Sequence record: MG655267.1
Strand: one strand, 5' to 3'
DNA: 64,000 nucleotides
Shown here: piece after piece, positions 38,334 through 46,614 of the stretch
Numbering within the stretch: position 1 is the first letter of the stretch
Layout: every line of letters begins with the position of its first letter
Notes under the pieces: generated by a model
The model's database searches: none
The model's input: the letters and a program-made list of their open reading frames with translations, nothing else
Told to the model about the DNA's origin: nothing
Made by a program: the position numbers and the translations under genes

Positions 38334-38831
38334 ATGGACATTCAACAGTACCAACCCTCTGCACAGATCCTGCATCTCGCTAATCTGTTCTGCGACTACT
38401 TCAACCAATCGCCGAATTATTATAACTTGGATTTGGGTAACCGGATCTTTGTCGAGACCAGCATCTATCCCATTACTGGGGTCGCTGATATAACACCACA
38501 GCGGATCGAACGCCTGCAAGCGTCGCACATGACAGGTCAGCTGGCCGCTGTGGTCGATGAGCTGTTAAAACTATTTCCTAACATGCGCTATGTATCAGAT
38601 GAGTGTGATGGGTTGTTGTCTTTACTGTGTAACGGACGGGCAATTGAGATGACAACTGTCAAGGGTCTCTGTCGGGGCATTGTCACCTTACGGGGTCTGG
38701 TCTGGTTAGATCGCTTTGATCACGACTACCTTAATCCTGATGCGGCGCATTATGAAGAGATGGCCAGGTTGATCAATATCCATCTGGGGATGATTAAATT
38801 CCAAGGCACCATCCTAAAAAGATTTCTTTAA
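38334..38831 (+). CDS. Hypothetical protein
   Basis: 165 aa, AAGGTG RBS. Confidence 0.7.
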   Translation: MDIQQYQPSAQILHLANLFCDYFNQSPNYYNLDLGNRIFVETSIYPITGVADITPQRIERLQASHMTGQLAAVVDELLKLFPNMRYVSDECDGLLSLLCNGRAIEMTTVKGLCRGIVTLRGLVWLDRFDHDYLNPDAAHYEEMARLINIHLGMIKFQGTILKRFL

Positions 38832-38857
38832 CACAAGTATACGTAGCGAGGTCATGA

Positions 38858-39442
38858 ATGAACTACATCTACCGGGCAAACGGCCATTTATTTGTGTTGC
38901 TCTACCACATTCCAGTTCTTGATGTCGATCCAAATAAAATGACCCATTGGGAACGGGTATTGCATTACCGTCCCTTAACGATTGCCCTCGGGGCTGAAGA
39001 AACAGCGGCGGTCGCATTCATGCCCGTTCATCTCGAACTGAGTGGCTGGTCAATGACAACCGATGAAGGTGAGTTCTACGACGGCATCTATGTGATCTGG
39101 GAGGGTAAACTCTATCTAACACAGAACGATGAAATGTGTTTGATAGAAGAAATCCCTGCCCTGTTTCACAACCTGATGCCAAGTGCTTATCATCAGCAAA
39201 TGGTGCGTTACACTCAACCGTTTGAGTTCATCAACGGGCTCGACCATCGTAAGTTACGCTCGCTAAAAGCGACAGCCGAAACCGCCAACAGTTTCCTGCG
39301 TATGATGGATCGGTTTGAACAAGCGGTTGAGTGCCATTACATCAATGAACGCACCAACCTCATGGCGTCCACCGAAATGCCCTTGAGCTTTATTCCGCGC
39401 CAACGTGGCGCTGCTATTAACGAACCTATCGTCTTACATTAA
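38858..39442 (+). CDS. Hypothetical protein
   Basis: 194 aa, GAGG RBS. Confidence 0.7.
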   Translation: MNYIYRANGHLFVLLYHIPVLDVDPNKMTHWERVLHYRPLTIALGAEETAAVAFMPVHLELSGWSMTTDEGEFYDGIYVIWEGKLYLTQNDEMCLIEEIPALFHNLMPSAYHQQMVRYTQPFEFINGLDHRKLRSLKATAETANSFLRMMDRFEQAVECHYINERTNLMASTEMPLSFIPRQRGAAINEPIVLH

Positions 39443-39453
39443 CGGAGCCAGTC

Positions 39454-39906
39454 ATGTCAGAACAAAAACCCCTTATCCCGTTTCTCCACTTCCAGATCGA
39501 TGCATTCCGTAATTACCTGGTCGCTAATGATCTGACCCCGTACGCCGTCTTTACCTTACCTAAAGGTCTGGACCCGGTACTGGATCGCTATGCCGACCCT
39601 GCCAGTGGTCAGCTGATCCTTAACCTCAGCCCTAACTCTTGTGGTCACTACGAGATCACTGATGATGGTTATATGGTTCTGCATCAGCGTTTCTCGGGTA
39701 AAGCCCACGAAGCGTTCCTGCCGGTCCAACACCTGCTGGCCATGTATGCGCGTGAACGTCAAGACCAGGCCATGGTCTTTGCCGACATCGAGCACACCTG
39801 CGATGATGATGTGAAATTTGTTGAAGATGAGACTGTACCGGAAGTGGATGACACTAACGTAACAGCCCTGCCCTTCAAGAAACCCACATTAACGGTAGTC
39901 AAGTAA
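39454..39906 (+). CDS. sspB: SspB-like ClpXP adaptor
   Basis: NDLTPY, GQLILNLSP, RFSGK, LLAMYARE; acidic linker; C-terminal ClpX-binding-like KPTLTVVK (E. coli RPALRVVK). Confidence 0.9.
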   Translation: MSEQKPLIPFLHFQIDAFRNYLVANDLTPYAVFTLPKGLDPVLDRYADPASGQLILNLSPNSCGHYEITDDGYMVLHQRFSGKAHEAFLPVQHLLAMYARERQDQAMVFADIEHTCDDDVKFVEDETVPEVDDTNVTALPFKKPTLTVVK

Positions 39907-39968
39907 ATTCTATGACTGCGGTTGCGTTCGGTGAGCTTGCCTTTGTACGGTATTGAAGTTCAGCAGTC

Positions 39969-39990
39969 GGGTGGCATTTGCCACCCTTCT
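39969..39990 (+). terminator. Stem-loop after sspB
   Basis: GGGTGGC-ATTT-GCCACCC-TTCT; weak U-tract. Confidence 0.45.
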
Positions 39991-40025
39991 ATACACAGCT
40001 TCTTTATTTTTTGTCGAAAAATAAT

Positions 40026-40039
40026 CAGACCTACATTAC
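40026..40039 (+). promoter_or_regulatory. Candidate phage early promoter CAGACCTACATTAC
   Basis: AT-rich upstream; near-identical to CAGACCTATATCAC at 57991. Confidence 0.55.
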
Positions 40040-40092
40040 GTATAGGCTACAGCTAGTCTGTTGTAATTCGCATCACTAAGGCTAGGTTTACT

Positions 40093-40389
40093 ATGTCACT
40101 CATTTGCGTTGATCATCTTGTGGCGGCTTGCGCTACATTTGTTCTGCTGTTGGTGCTGGAGCGCATCATTCACAGAGACGAACCCGACCACACCCTGATT
40201 GAACTGCTTATTACCGCCTTCGGCATTTCAATCAGCATTCCCATCACTGTCGGTATGATTATGCTGACTTACGTGATTCTATTGATCCGTAAGCAACCCA
40301 ACGCCTTAACCAGGGCGAGCTATTTCCCGGTGGAGATCCTGCGTCTTATTACCCGCAATCGCTTCAGGCGAAAACCCTCTATTCTCTAA
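40093..40389 (+). CDS. Small membrane protein
   Basis: 98 aa, two hydrophobic segments, basic tail. Confidence 0.6.
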   Translation: MSLICVDHLVAACATFVLLLVLERIIHRDEPDHTLIELLITAFGISISIPITVGMIMLTYVILLIRKQPNALTRASYFPVEILRLITRNRFRRKPSIL

Positions 40390-40398
40390 CTTACTTCT

Positions 40399-40428
40399 GG
40401 GGTGAGTGAAAACTCACCCTTTATGCCG
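40399..40428 (+). terminator. Hairpin + TTTATGCCG
   Basis: GGGTGAGT-GAAA-ACTCACCC-TTTATGCCG. Confidence 0.75.
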
Positions 40429-40490
40429 GCGTGTTTAAAACAACTAAACTGCGCCATTATTTAGACACCGTTAATTAAAGGAATACTGTT

Positions 40491-41042
40491 ATGTCTGTTG
40501 TCGACAAATTCAAGAACTGGAAAGCGAACAAGCGCATCGCGTTGCTCGAAGAACTGCTGGAGGTTCACTACTCAATCGGCGATGTGGTGAGTTACCCAGA
40601 TCCACCGGCGTTCGAAGTCTGCTGGCATGACACACCGGACTCGATCCACCGGGCACGCTGGACAGGTGTGGCTGAAGCCACCGGCATGACGTATGACGAT
40701 TTCTTCAAAGCCACGCGCGTAGGTCAGCTGCACGATACCTCAAACGTTGAAATCACCGGTGAACAAGAAGTCACGGATATGCAAACCCAGGGTTGCTATG
40801 CCTTCTGTAACTGGCTGACGAATGAGATCCACATCTGGCTGGGTGATCTGCCGTATGATGACCCGCGCACGGAAGAGATCCTGCACACCATGATCGCCAG
40901 TGAGATCGCGCACCTCACCCCCAACCGTCATCGTAATGAACAGCTGGAAATGTACCGGGCGATGCAGTATGCCGTGGTAGCGCGTTCTGCCAAAGCAGTA
41001 CTGGTTGATGCGCTGGGTCTGCTGAAAGGAAAACAGGTATGA
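40491..41042 (+). CDS. Hypothetical protein, degenerate zincin-like motif
   Basis: AAGGA RBS; TMIASEIAHL resembles HExxH with the first His replaced. Confidence 0.65.
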   Translation: MSVVDKFKNWKANKRIALLEELLEVHYSIGDVVSYPDPPAFEVCWHDTPDSIHRARWTGVAEATGMTYDDFFKATRVGQLHDTSNVEITGEQEVTDMQTQGCYAFCNWLTNEIHIWLGDLPYDDPRTEEILHTMIASEIAHLTPNRHRNEQLEMYRAMQYAVVARSAKAVLVDALGLLKGKQV

Positions 41043-41356
41043 AGAAGGAGCTCTTCACGGTTGTTACCATTGCAGGCGAAGTTAAAACCCCGATCACGGT
41101 GTTTGTTCCGGAGCACGACTACGACATCAATCAACGGGTAGATCTGGTGGCTGCGTGTTATGACCGTCGCCACAAACAAACACCCATCAGCAAAGAACAC
41201 AAAGCATTGGTTACTGACTTACTGGCGCAGATGCGCGAGAAGCTTAACACCGCGATTACACTCGGGGAAGATGTTGTGCTGGTCTCAGGCGATGTCTCAT
41301 TGAAGTACCGGGTTTACCTCAGTACTTTTAAAGGGACGACCTATGTTGAGACATGA
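41039..41356 (+). CDS. Hypothetical protein (paralog of 41343)
   Basis: 105 aa; ELFTVVTIAG...PI and SGDVSLKY align to next ORF. Confidence 0.65.
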   Translation: MKKELFTVVTIAGEVKTPITVFVPEHDYDINQRVDLVAACYDRRHKQTPISKEHKALVTDLLAQMREKLNTAITLGEDVVLVSGDVSLKYRVYLSTFKGTTYVET

Positions 41357-41657
41357 GTTGATTACTTCAGTAGCAGTCAACGGCAAGGAGTATTCGCCGA
41401 TTGTCTGCCCACTGGCTAAAGGACCGGATTACAGCCGGGCGTTTGGTGCGTTGCATAAAGCGTATCGGGATGCTGCGACTTACGGCAGTCAGATCATCAC
41501 GGAGCCGTATGTCAAAACCATTTGCGGGTTGATCGATCAAATCCAAACTGATCTGGCTGCAGGTGTCGATTTCACCGAGACCCGTAAAGTCAGTGACGGT
41601 GAAGTGGCAATCAGTTATCACATCACTGTTCGTACGCTCCCGCGCCACGGCAGTTAA
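41343..41657 (+). CDS. Hypothetical protein (paralog of 41039)
   Basis: 104 aa; ELITSVAVNG...PI and DGEVAISY. Confidence 0.65.
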   Translation: MLRHELITSVAVNGKEYSPIVCPLAKGPDYSRAFGALHKAYRDAATYGSQIITEPYVKTICGLIDQIQTDLAAGVDFTETRKVSDGEVAISYHITVRTLPRHGS

Positions 41658-41664
41658 TGACCTC

Positions 41665-41698
41665 ACCCAATCAGTGCAGCCGCTGGTTGGGTTTTCTT
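41665..41698 (+). terminator. Canonical intrinsic terminator
   Basis: ACCCAATCAGTG-CAGC-CGCTGGTTGGGT-TTTCTT. Confidence 0.6.
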
Positions 41699-41723
41699 AC
41701 GCTTCATTATAAAGGAAGACATC

Positions 41724-42353
41724 ATGGGTTGGTTTAATAAACAGAAAGCTACACCGGTAGCTGAAGACACTCCCACGACAGACAAGCAAGACAGTGCCGA
41801 CTACCCGTGGGGTGCAACGTATCGCCAACGGCTAATGACACATGCTCGTTCACTATTGACCGTTGATGAACAACAACCCCTGCGTTCTGGCGAAGCCGGT
41901 AAGTTGATCGTTTTTAACGGCGTGGGTTTCTTGATCCGGGGTGAATCGGCCAACATTCCTGATTTGGCTTACATGCACTATCTGGAAGAAATGTGGAACT
42001 GGTTGTTGCGCTGTAATGGAATCGAGCAAAAGCACGGTGGTGTCGTGCCTCGGGCTGAGGTGATTCGCCGTTACGATATCGGCGGGGTAGCTGAAGGGTG
42101 TGGCTATACCGTTGGGTCGCTGGAACCAATCGTACCGGCCTATACTGCCAGTAGCCTGCGTCACCGTAATGCTGCAGACGGTCTGCATTTACTCAAAACC
42201 CTGCAGGACGTGATTCCGGTCACGGACATGCTGATGATTAGTGAACATGAGAAAGAGCTGATCCGCAATATAGAGAACTTGGGGATGAAATTGGTTTCAA
42301 CTCCACTCAGTCACGCCGGTCAGATATTTAGCCGAATCCGCTTTAAGGACTGA
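41724..42353 (+). CDS. Hypothetical protein
   Basis: 209 aa, AAGGA RBS. Confidence 0.7.
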   Translation: MGWFNKQKATPVAEDTPTTDKQDSADYPWGATYRQRLMTHARSLLTVDEQQPLRSGEAGKLIVFNGVGFLIRGESANIPDLAYMHYLEEMWNWLLRCNGIEQKHGGVVPRAEVIRRYDIGGVAEGCGYTVGSLEPIVPAYTASSLRHRNAADGLHLLKTLQDVIPVTDMLMISEHEKELIRNIENLGMKLVSTPLSHAGQIFSRIRFKD

Positions 42354-42358
42354 CACCG

Positions 42359-43468
42359 ATGATCTATCTGGTCTGGATTCTGATTCCATCCTTGCTACTG
42401 GTGCTGTTGTCCAAAGCCGTGTTCCCGCATCACATCACCTTTAAAGAGTGGTCGCTGCAGGGCGTGGCAGTTGTAGTGGGGACGGCGTTGTCTGTCTTGA
42501 TACTCTATATCACTACAACGGGGATGAGTATCGATCATGAAGTCTGGAATGGCTCTGTGATCTCCAAAGCGCCGGTGCACGTCTCCTGTACACACGAACA
42601 CCAATGTGGCGAGACGTGTTCTACCGACAGTAAAGGTAAGAAACACTGTACACCGATCTATTGTCCGGACCATGCCTTTGATGTTGATTGGGATGTCAAG
42701 ACAACAGTCGGAACGTTTACCATTGATCGCGTGGCGTTTGACCGTCAGGGATTACGGGAACCTAAGCGCTTTACGGCGGTACAGATTGGCGAACCGGCAG
42801 CAGCAGAGAAGTACACCCGCAATTACCTGTTGCTCGACAGTGACCGCTTTAAAGCCTCAGAAGGGGTGATGGAGAAGTATAAAGGACGGATACCGGATTA
42901 TCCCTCCACTTATGACTATTACCGTTTTAACCGGGTAGTCAACACCACCAAGGATGATTTCAATTACATCAACGATTACCTGAATAAGGAACTGATTACA
43001 CTCGGCGCACAAAAACAACTCAACATTGTCGTGGTAATAACCGACAAGAGTAAAGACTTCTATGAAGCCCTCCGTGAATCCTGGGACGGTGCCCGTAAGA
43101 ACGATGTGATACTCGTCTACGGCATTGACAAGGAACATCATGTGAACTGGTTTAAAGCCGATGCGTTTGCAGACGGGCAGTCAAATATGTCGATGATCAA
43201 AACACTGAACTCGACGGCTCTTGACCGCACTCTTGATGCTGACCTCGTGCATGAACAACTTCACGTGATCCAGGAGCGTTTTAATAGACTGCCTAATAAA
43301 ACCTTCGAATACCTTAATGAAGATTTCACCCCACCGATGTGGGCGATCATCATGACGGTACTCATTAACCTGCTACTCAATATTGGCGTGACCTGGTTCA
43401 TGGTAAAAAATGAAATGGGCGAATACGCATTCATGAATGATAAAGGAAGAAGAAATGCAAGATGGTAA
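42359..43468 (+). CDS. Membrane protein with Cys-rich periplasmic loop and TPM-like domain
   Basis: Two N-terminal TMs, CTHEHQCGETC...HCTPIYC, LNIVVVIT...WDGARKNDVILVYG, C-terminal TM. Confidence 0.6.
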   Translation: MIYLVWILIPSLLLVLLSKAVFPHHITFKEWSLQGVAVVVGTALSVLILYITTTGMSIDHEVWNGSVISKAPVHVSCTHEHQCGETCSTDSKGKKHCTPIYCPDHAFDVDWDVKTTVGTFTIDRVAFDRQGLREPKRFTAVQIGEPAAAEKYTRNYLLLDSDRFKASEGVMEKYKGRIPDYPSTYDYYRFNRVVNTTKDDFNYINDYLNKELITLGAQKQLNIVVVITDKSKDFYEALRESWDGARKNDVILVYGIDKEHHVNWFKADAFADGQSNMSMIKTLNSTALDRTLDADLVHEQLHVIQERFNRLPNKTFEYLNEDFTPPMWAIIMTVLINLLLNIGVTWFMVKNEMGEYAFMNDKGRRNARW

Positions 43469-44045
43469 GAAAGGCCTATCTACTGGTGCTCTTGTGGGCA
43501 TCGTCGCTGTTGGTTTCCTGGTACTGGTCCTGGCCATAGCCGGTTCGATCTTTATGGGTTATGTTTCGGCATCGAACGAAGGGGTGCGATCTGAAAGTCG
43601 CATTGAACAGCTGAACAAAGACTCCGAGAACGTGCTGTCGACCTCAACGATCAAGATCAAGAACATGGCTCAGATTCCGGGCATGTATGTGAAAGATCTT
43701 AAAGAGGTGATCAGGGCGACCTTTGAAGGGCGTTATGGTAAAGACGGGTCGAAAGCCGTAGTGCAGTTTATTCAGGAACAAAACCAACAGGTCGATTCCA
43801 AACTGTACCTGAATATTCAAAATGAGATGGCAGCTGGTCAGGATGAGTTTCGTATTGCGCAGAGCAACAAGCTTGCAGCATGTCGTAATTATGAAAACAG
43901 CCTGGGTTATTTCTGGAAGGGTATGTTCTTGAAGTGGGCGGGCTATCCGAAGAAAGACCTGAGCAAACTCTGCCAGGTGGTATCGGATGATCAAACGCAA
44001 GAAGCGTTTAAGACCGGCAAGCAAAAGACCATCGAGCTGAACTAA
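43455..44045 (+). CDS. LemA-like membrane-anchored helical protein
   Basis: ATG 43455; N-terminal TM, YVSASNEGVRSESRI, helical body, CRNYENSLGYFWKGMFLKWAGYP resembles the LemA C-terminus. Confidence 0.6.
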   Translation: MQDGKKGLSTGALVGIVAVGFLVLVLAIAGSIFMGYVSASNEGVRSESRIEQLNKDSENVLSTSTIKIKNMAQIPGMYVKDLKEVIRATFEGRYGKDGSKAVVQFIQEQNQQVDSKLYLNIQNEMAAGQDEFRIAQSNKLAACRNYENSLGYFWKGMFLKWAGYPKKDLSKLCQVVSDDQTQEAFKTGKQKTIELN

Positions 44046-44085
44046 CTCACCATCGGACAGGGATGTCCTTTTAATGGAGGTCGTC

Positions 44086-44430
44086 ATGCCTTTTATTCGA
44101 TTCAAAGCAAAAGAGATTAAACATACTGCGGAAGCCGTAACAAGCCTTAAGCGGTTCTTTGGTCTGATTGATAAAAACATTGATGCCGTTAAGATTGTCC
44201 AGGCATTTCAAACGGTCGATACCCGCAACGAACCATTGCTGGAAAACTCGTTGTTGATTATCACACGGATGCCAGACGGGACAAAACGTCACACTCATAT
44301 CTGGAACTCGAAGTTCAAAGAAGAACTCGCTGCATTTAAACCTGAACTGGTTGGTGAAGTCCGATCGTTCAGACTCGATTATCAGTTGTATATGGACGGC
44401 GACGAGGATAACCCCCTTAAGCGGTTCTAA
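44086..44430 (+). CDS. Hypothetical protein
   Basis: ATG 44086 after GGAGG. Confidence 0.7.
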   Translation: MPFIRFKAKEIKHTAEAVTSLKRFFGLIDKNIDAVKIVQAFQTVDTRNEPLLENSLLIITRMPDGTKRHTHIWNSKFKEELAAFKPELVGEVRSFRLDYQLYMDGDEDNPLKRF

Positions 44431-44440
44431 GGAATCTAAA

Positions 44441-44963
44441 ATGAAAGGTACGTTGGTTGAGCATCTTGCCAGTCGTGGCTATGATGTTGCACGGTATAAA
44501 ACGCAGTGGTTGACAGACACCCAGTTGACTGTTCCATTGTTCGACTTCGATCACAAACTCAAAGGGTATCAGGTTTATACACCTGATGCACCTAAGCATG
44601 CTACTAACCCAAAAGAAGCACGTTACTTTACACGTGGGCTAGGTAAGCAGTTGGTGTGGGGTCTGGAGTTGGAAATTAGTATTAACAACCAACAGATTAC
44701 CAACCGTATTCTTAACTGAATCGGTTTTCAAGGCCTGTGCACTACATCGCTTAGGATTGAACGCCTGGTCTGTTTTAGGTTCTACGGTATCTGACCCACT
44801 CTATCACCAGCTTCGCTTATTACCTGTTGACTTAGTTTGTTGCGGGGATGATGACAAAGCAGGGAAAGTATTCTCAGAAACCTTTGGTCGAGGTTTTGTG
44901 TCGCACGATCTGGATGAATTATCCCCGAAAGAATTACTCTACTTAACTGCACCGTTTTTATAA
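44441..44963 (+). pseudogene. TOPRIM primase-like gene split by a +1 frameshift
   Basis: Frame A 44441-44719 (LTVPLFDFDHKLKGYQVY...YFT...VWGLE); the +1 frame continues LPTVFLTESVFKACALHRLGLNAWSVLGS...VCCGDDDKAG to TAA 44961-44963. Confidence 0.7.
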
Positions 44964-44974
44964 AGGTAGTTATC

Positions 44975-46213
44975 ATGTCAAACATTATTGAATTAGAAGG
45001 CAAGCAGGTTCCCATCAAGATGTGGACGAAGTTTGTTCCGGTAGAAGAACGTGCTCAACAGCAATTACTAAACTTGAGTGAGTTACCTTTCATCTTCAAA
45101 CACCTCGCCGTGATGCCTGATGTGCACTGGGGAATGGGTGCGACCATTGGTTCGGTTATTGCGACTAAAGGTGCGATTATTCCTGCTGCTGTGGGTGTTG
45201 ATATTGGTTGTGGGATGATTGCCCAACAAACCTCGCTGGTTGCTGCTGACCTACCCGATAACCTCAGTGCTTTGCGCAGTCGTATTGAAGCAGGCATCCC
45301 GCATGGCCGTACCGATAACGGCGGTGCAAACGATCGCGGTGCTTGGGGTGATGAGTTCGCCATGGGCTTAGACGATGTGCACCGTGAAGCATTGCTGGTT
45401 CTTCAGCAACGTTTAGTGGCTATTGTGGCTAAGCACCCGAAGCTCACCAAAGCAGCCAGTAAGTTCACCAAACATACTGGCACACTGGGTAGCGGTAACC
45501 ACTTCGTTGAAATCTGTTTAGACGAAGAGCAACGCGTTTGGGTAATGTTGCATTCAGGTTCACGTGGCATCGGTAACACCATCGGTAAATACTTCATCGA
45601 GAAAGCCAAAGAAGAGATGAACCGTTTCTTCGTCCATTTAGTTGACCAAGATCTGGCGTATCTCCCAGAAGGCTCTCGGTATTACGATGACTACCTGCAA
45701 GCGGTGCAATGGGCACAAGACTTTGCAGCGCTCAATCGTGCGGTGATGCTGAGTGCGACACTGAAGGCATTGCACAGTGCCGTGGCTAAGCCATTCACTG
45801 AAAGCACCATTGCGGTTAACTGTCACCACAACTATGTCGCAATGGAAAACCATTTTGATACCAATGTCCTGGTCACCCGTAAAGGTGCAGTGCGGGCGCG
45901 TGTAGGTGATTTGGCGATTATCCCGGGTAGTATGGGTGCAAAGTCGTTTATTGTCGAAGGGCTGGGTAACCAGGAAAGCTTCTGTTCGTGCTCGCATGGT
46001 GCTGGTCGTTTACTGTCGCGCTCAGCAGCGGTGAAACAATTTAGTCTGGAAGACCATATCCGTGATACCGAGGGTGTGGAATGTCGTAAAGATAAAGACG
46101 TCCTTGATGAAACACCGAAGGCGTATAAGTCGATTGAAGACGTGATGCGTTCACAAGACGATTTGGTGAAAATCAAATATACCCTGAAACAGATCCTTTG
46201 TGTAAAAGGTTAA
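44975..46213 (+). CDS. rtcB: RtcB RNA 2',3'-cyclic phosphate/3'-phosphate ligase
   Basis: MPDVHWG, GVDIGCG, GTLGSGNHFVE, HSGSRG, CHHNY, RKGA, IPGSMG, SHGAGR, DETPKAYK. Confidence 0.95.
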   Translation: MSNIIELEGKQVPIKMWTKFVPVEERAQQQLLNLSELPFIFKHLAVMPDVHWGMGATIGSVIATKGAIIPAAVGVDIGCGMIAQQTSLVAADLPDNLSALRSRIEAGIPHGRTDNGGANDRGAWGDEFAMGLDDVHREALLVLQQRLVAIVAKHPKLTKAASKFTKHTGTLGSGNHFVEICLDEEQRVWVMLHSGSRGIGNTIGKYFIEKAKEEMNRFFVHLVDQDLAYLPEGSRYYDDYLQAVQWAQDFAALNRAVMLSATLKALHSAVAKPFTESTIAVNCHHNYVAMENHFDTNVLVTRKGAVRARVGDLAIIPGSMGAKSFIVEGLGNQESFCSCSHGAGRLLSRSAAVKQFSLEDHIRDTEGVECRKDKDVLDETPKAYKSIEDVMRSQDDLVKIKYTLKQILCVKG

Positions 46214-46215
46214 TT

Positions 46216-46536
46216 ATGAACAAGAAAAAGCAAGTTACGATCTTCGTGGCGGGTGATGTCAATTCAGCTAAGACCACGGTCATTGCCATTATTGAAAAGG
46301 CGCTGAAAGAAGCGGGTCTGGATGCCAAACTGCTTGCGCATGCAGCGGCGGATGCGGAATATTTCGTTGGCGTAAAAAGCGCGTTAGAATATATTCCAGA
46401 GATCAGCGATAAGGTCGAGGTCTCCATTGAAGAACTCACCCGCCCAGCACCGACCAACGATGATGGCTCGCGCCCTGAGAGTTATGTGGCGATCACACAT
46501 AGCGCCGGCATCAAGATCCTTCCCCGTAACAGCTAG
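46216..46536 (+). CDS. Small protein with degenerate Walker A, paralog of 36522
   Basis: VTIFVAGDVNSAKTT...ALKEAG vs VKVVGPIQAGKTA...ALRANG. Confidence 0.6.
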   Translation: MNKKKQVTIFVAGDVNSAKTTVIAIIEKALKEAGLDAKLLAHAAADAEYFVGVKSALEYIPEISDKVEVSIEELTRPAPTNDDGSRPESYVAITHSAGIKILPRNS

Positions 46537-46541
46537 CTTCT

Positions 46542-46570
46542 AAGAGGACTTCGGTCCTCTTTTATGCCCG
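46542..46570 (+). terminator. Hairpin + TTTATGCCCG
   Basis: AAGAGGAC-TTCG-GTCCTCTT-TTATGCCCG. Confidence 0.75.
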
Positions 46571-46614
46571 GTTTAATTGTATATAGACACAGTACACATC
46601 AACCGAGGGCCATC

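Noticed and set aside
39907-39968. Structured RNA or 14-codon peptide after sspB
   Set aside because: Only a 6-bp closing stem (GACTGC/GCAGTC) with weak inner pairing; not supportable by eye
43644-44180. 178-aa minus-strand ORF
   Set aside because: Antisense to the LemA-like gene and the next gene; no recognisable features
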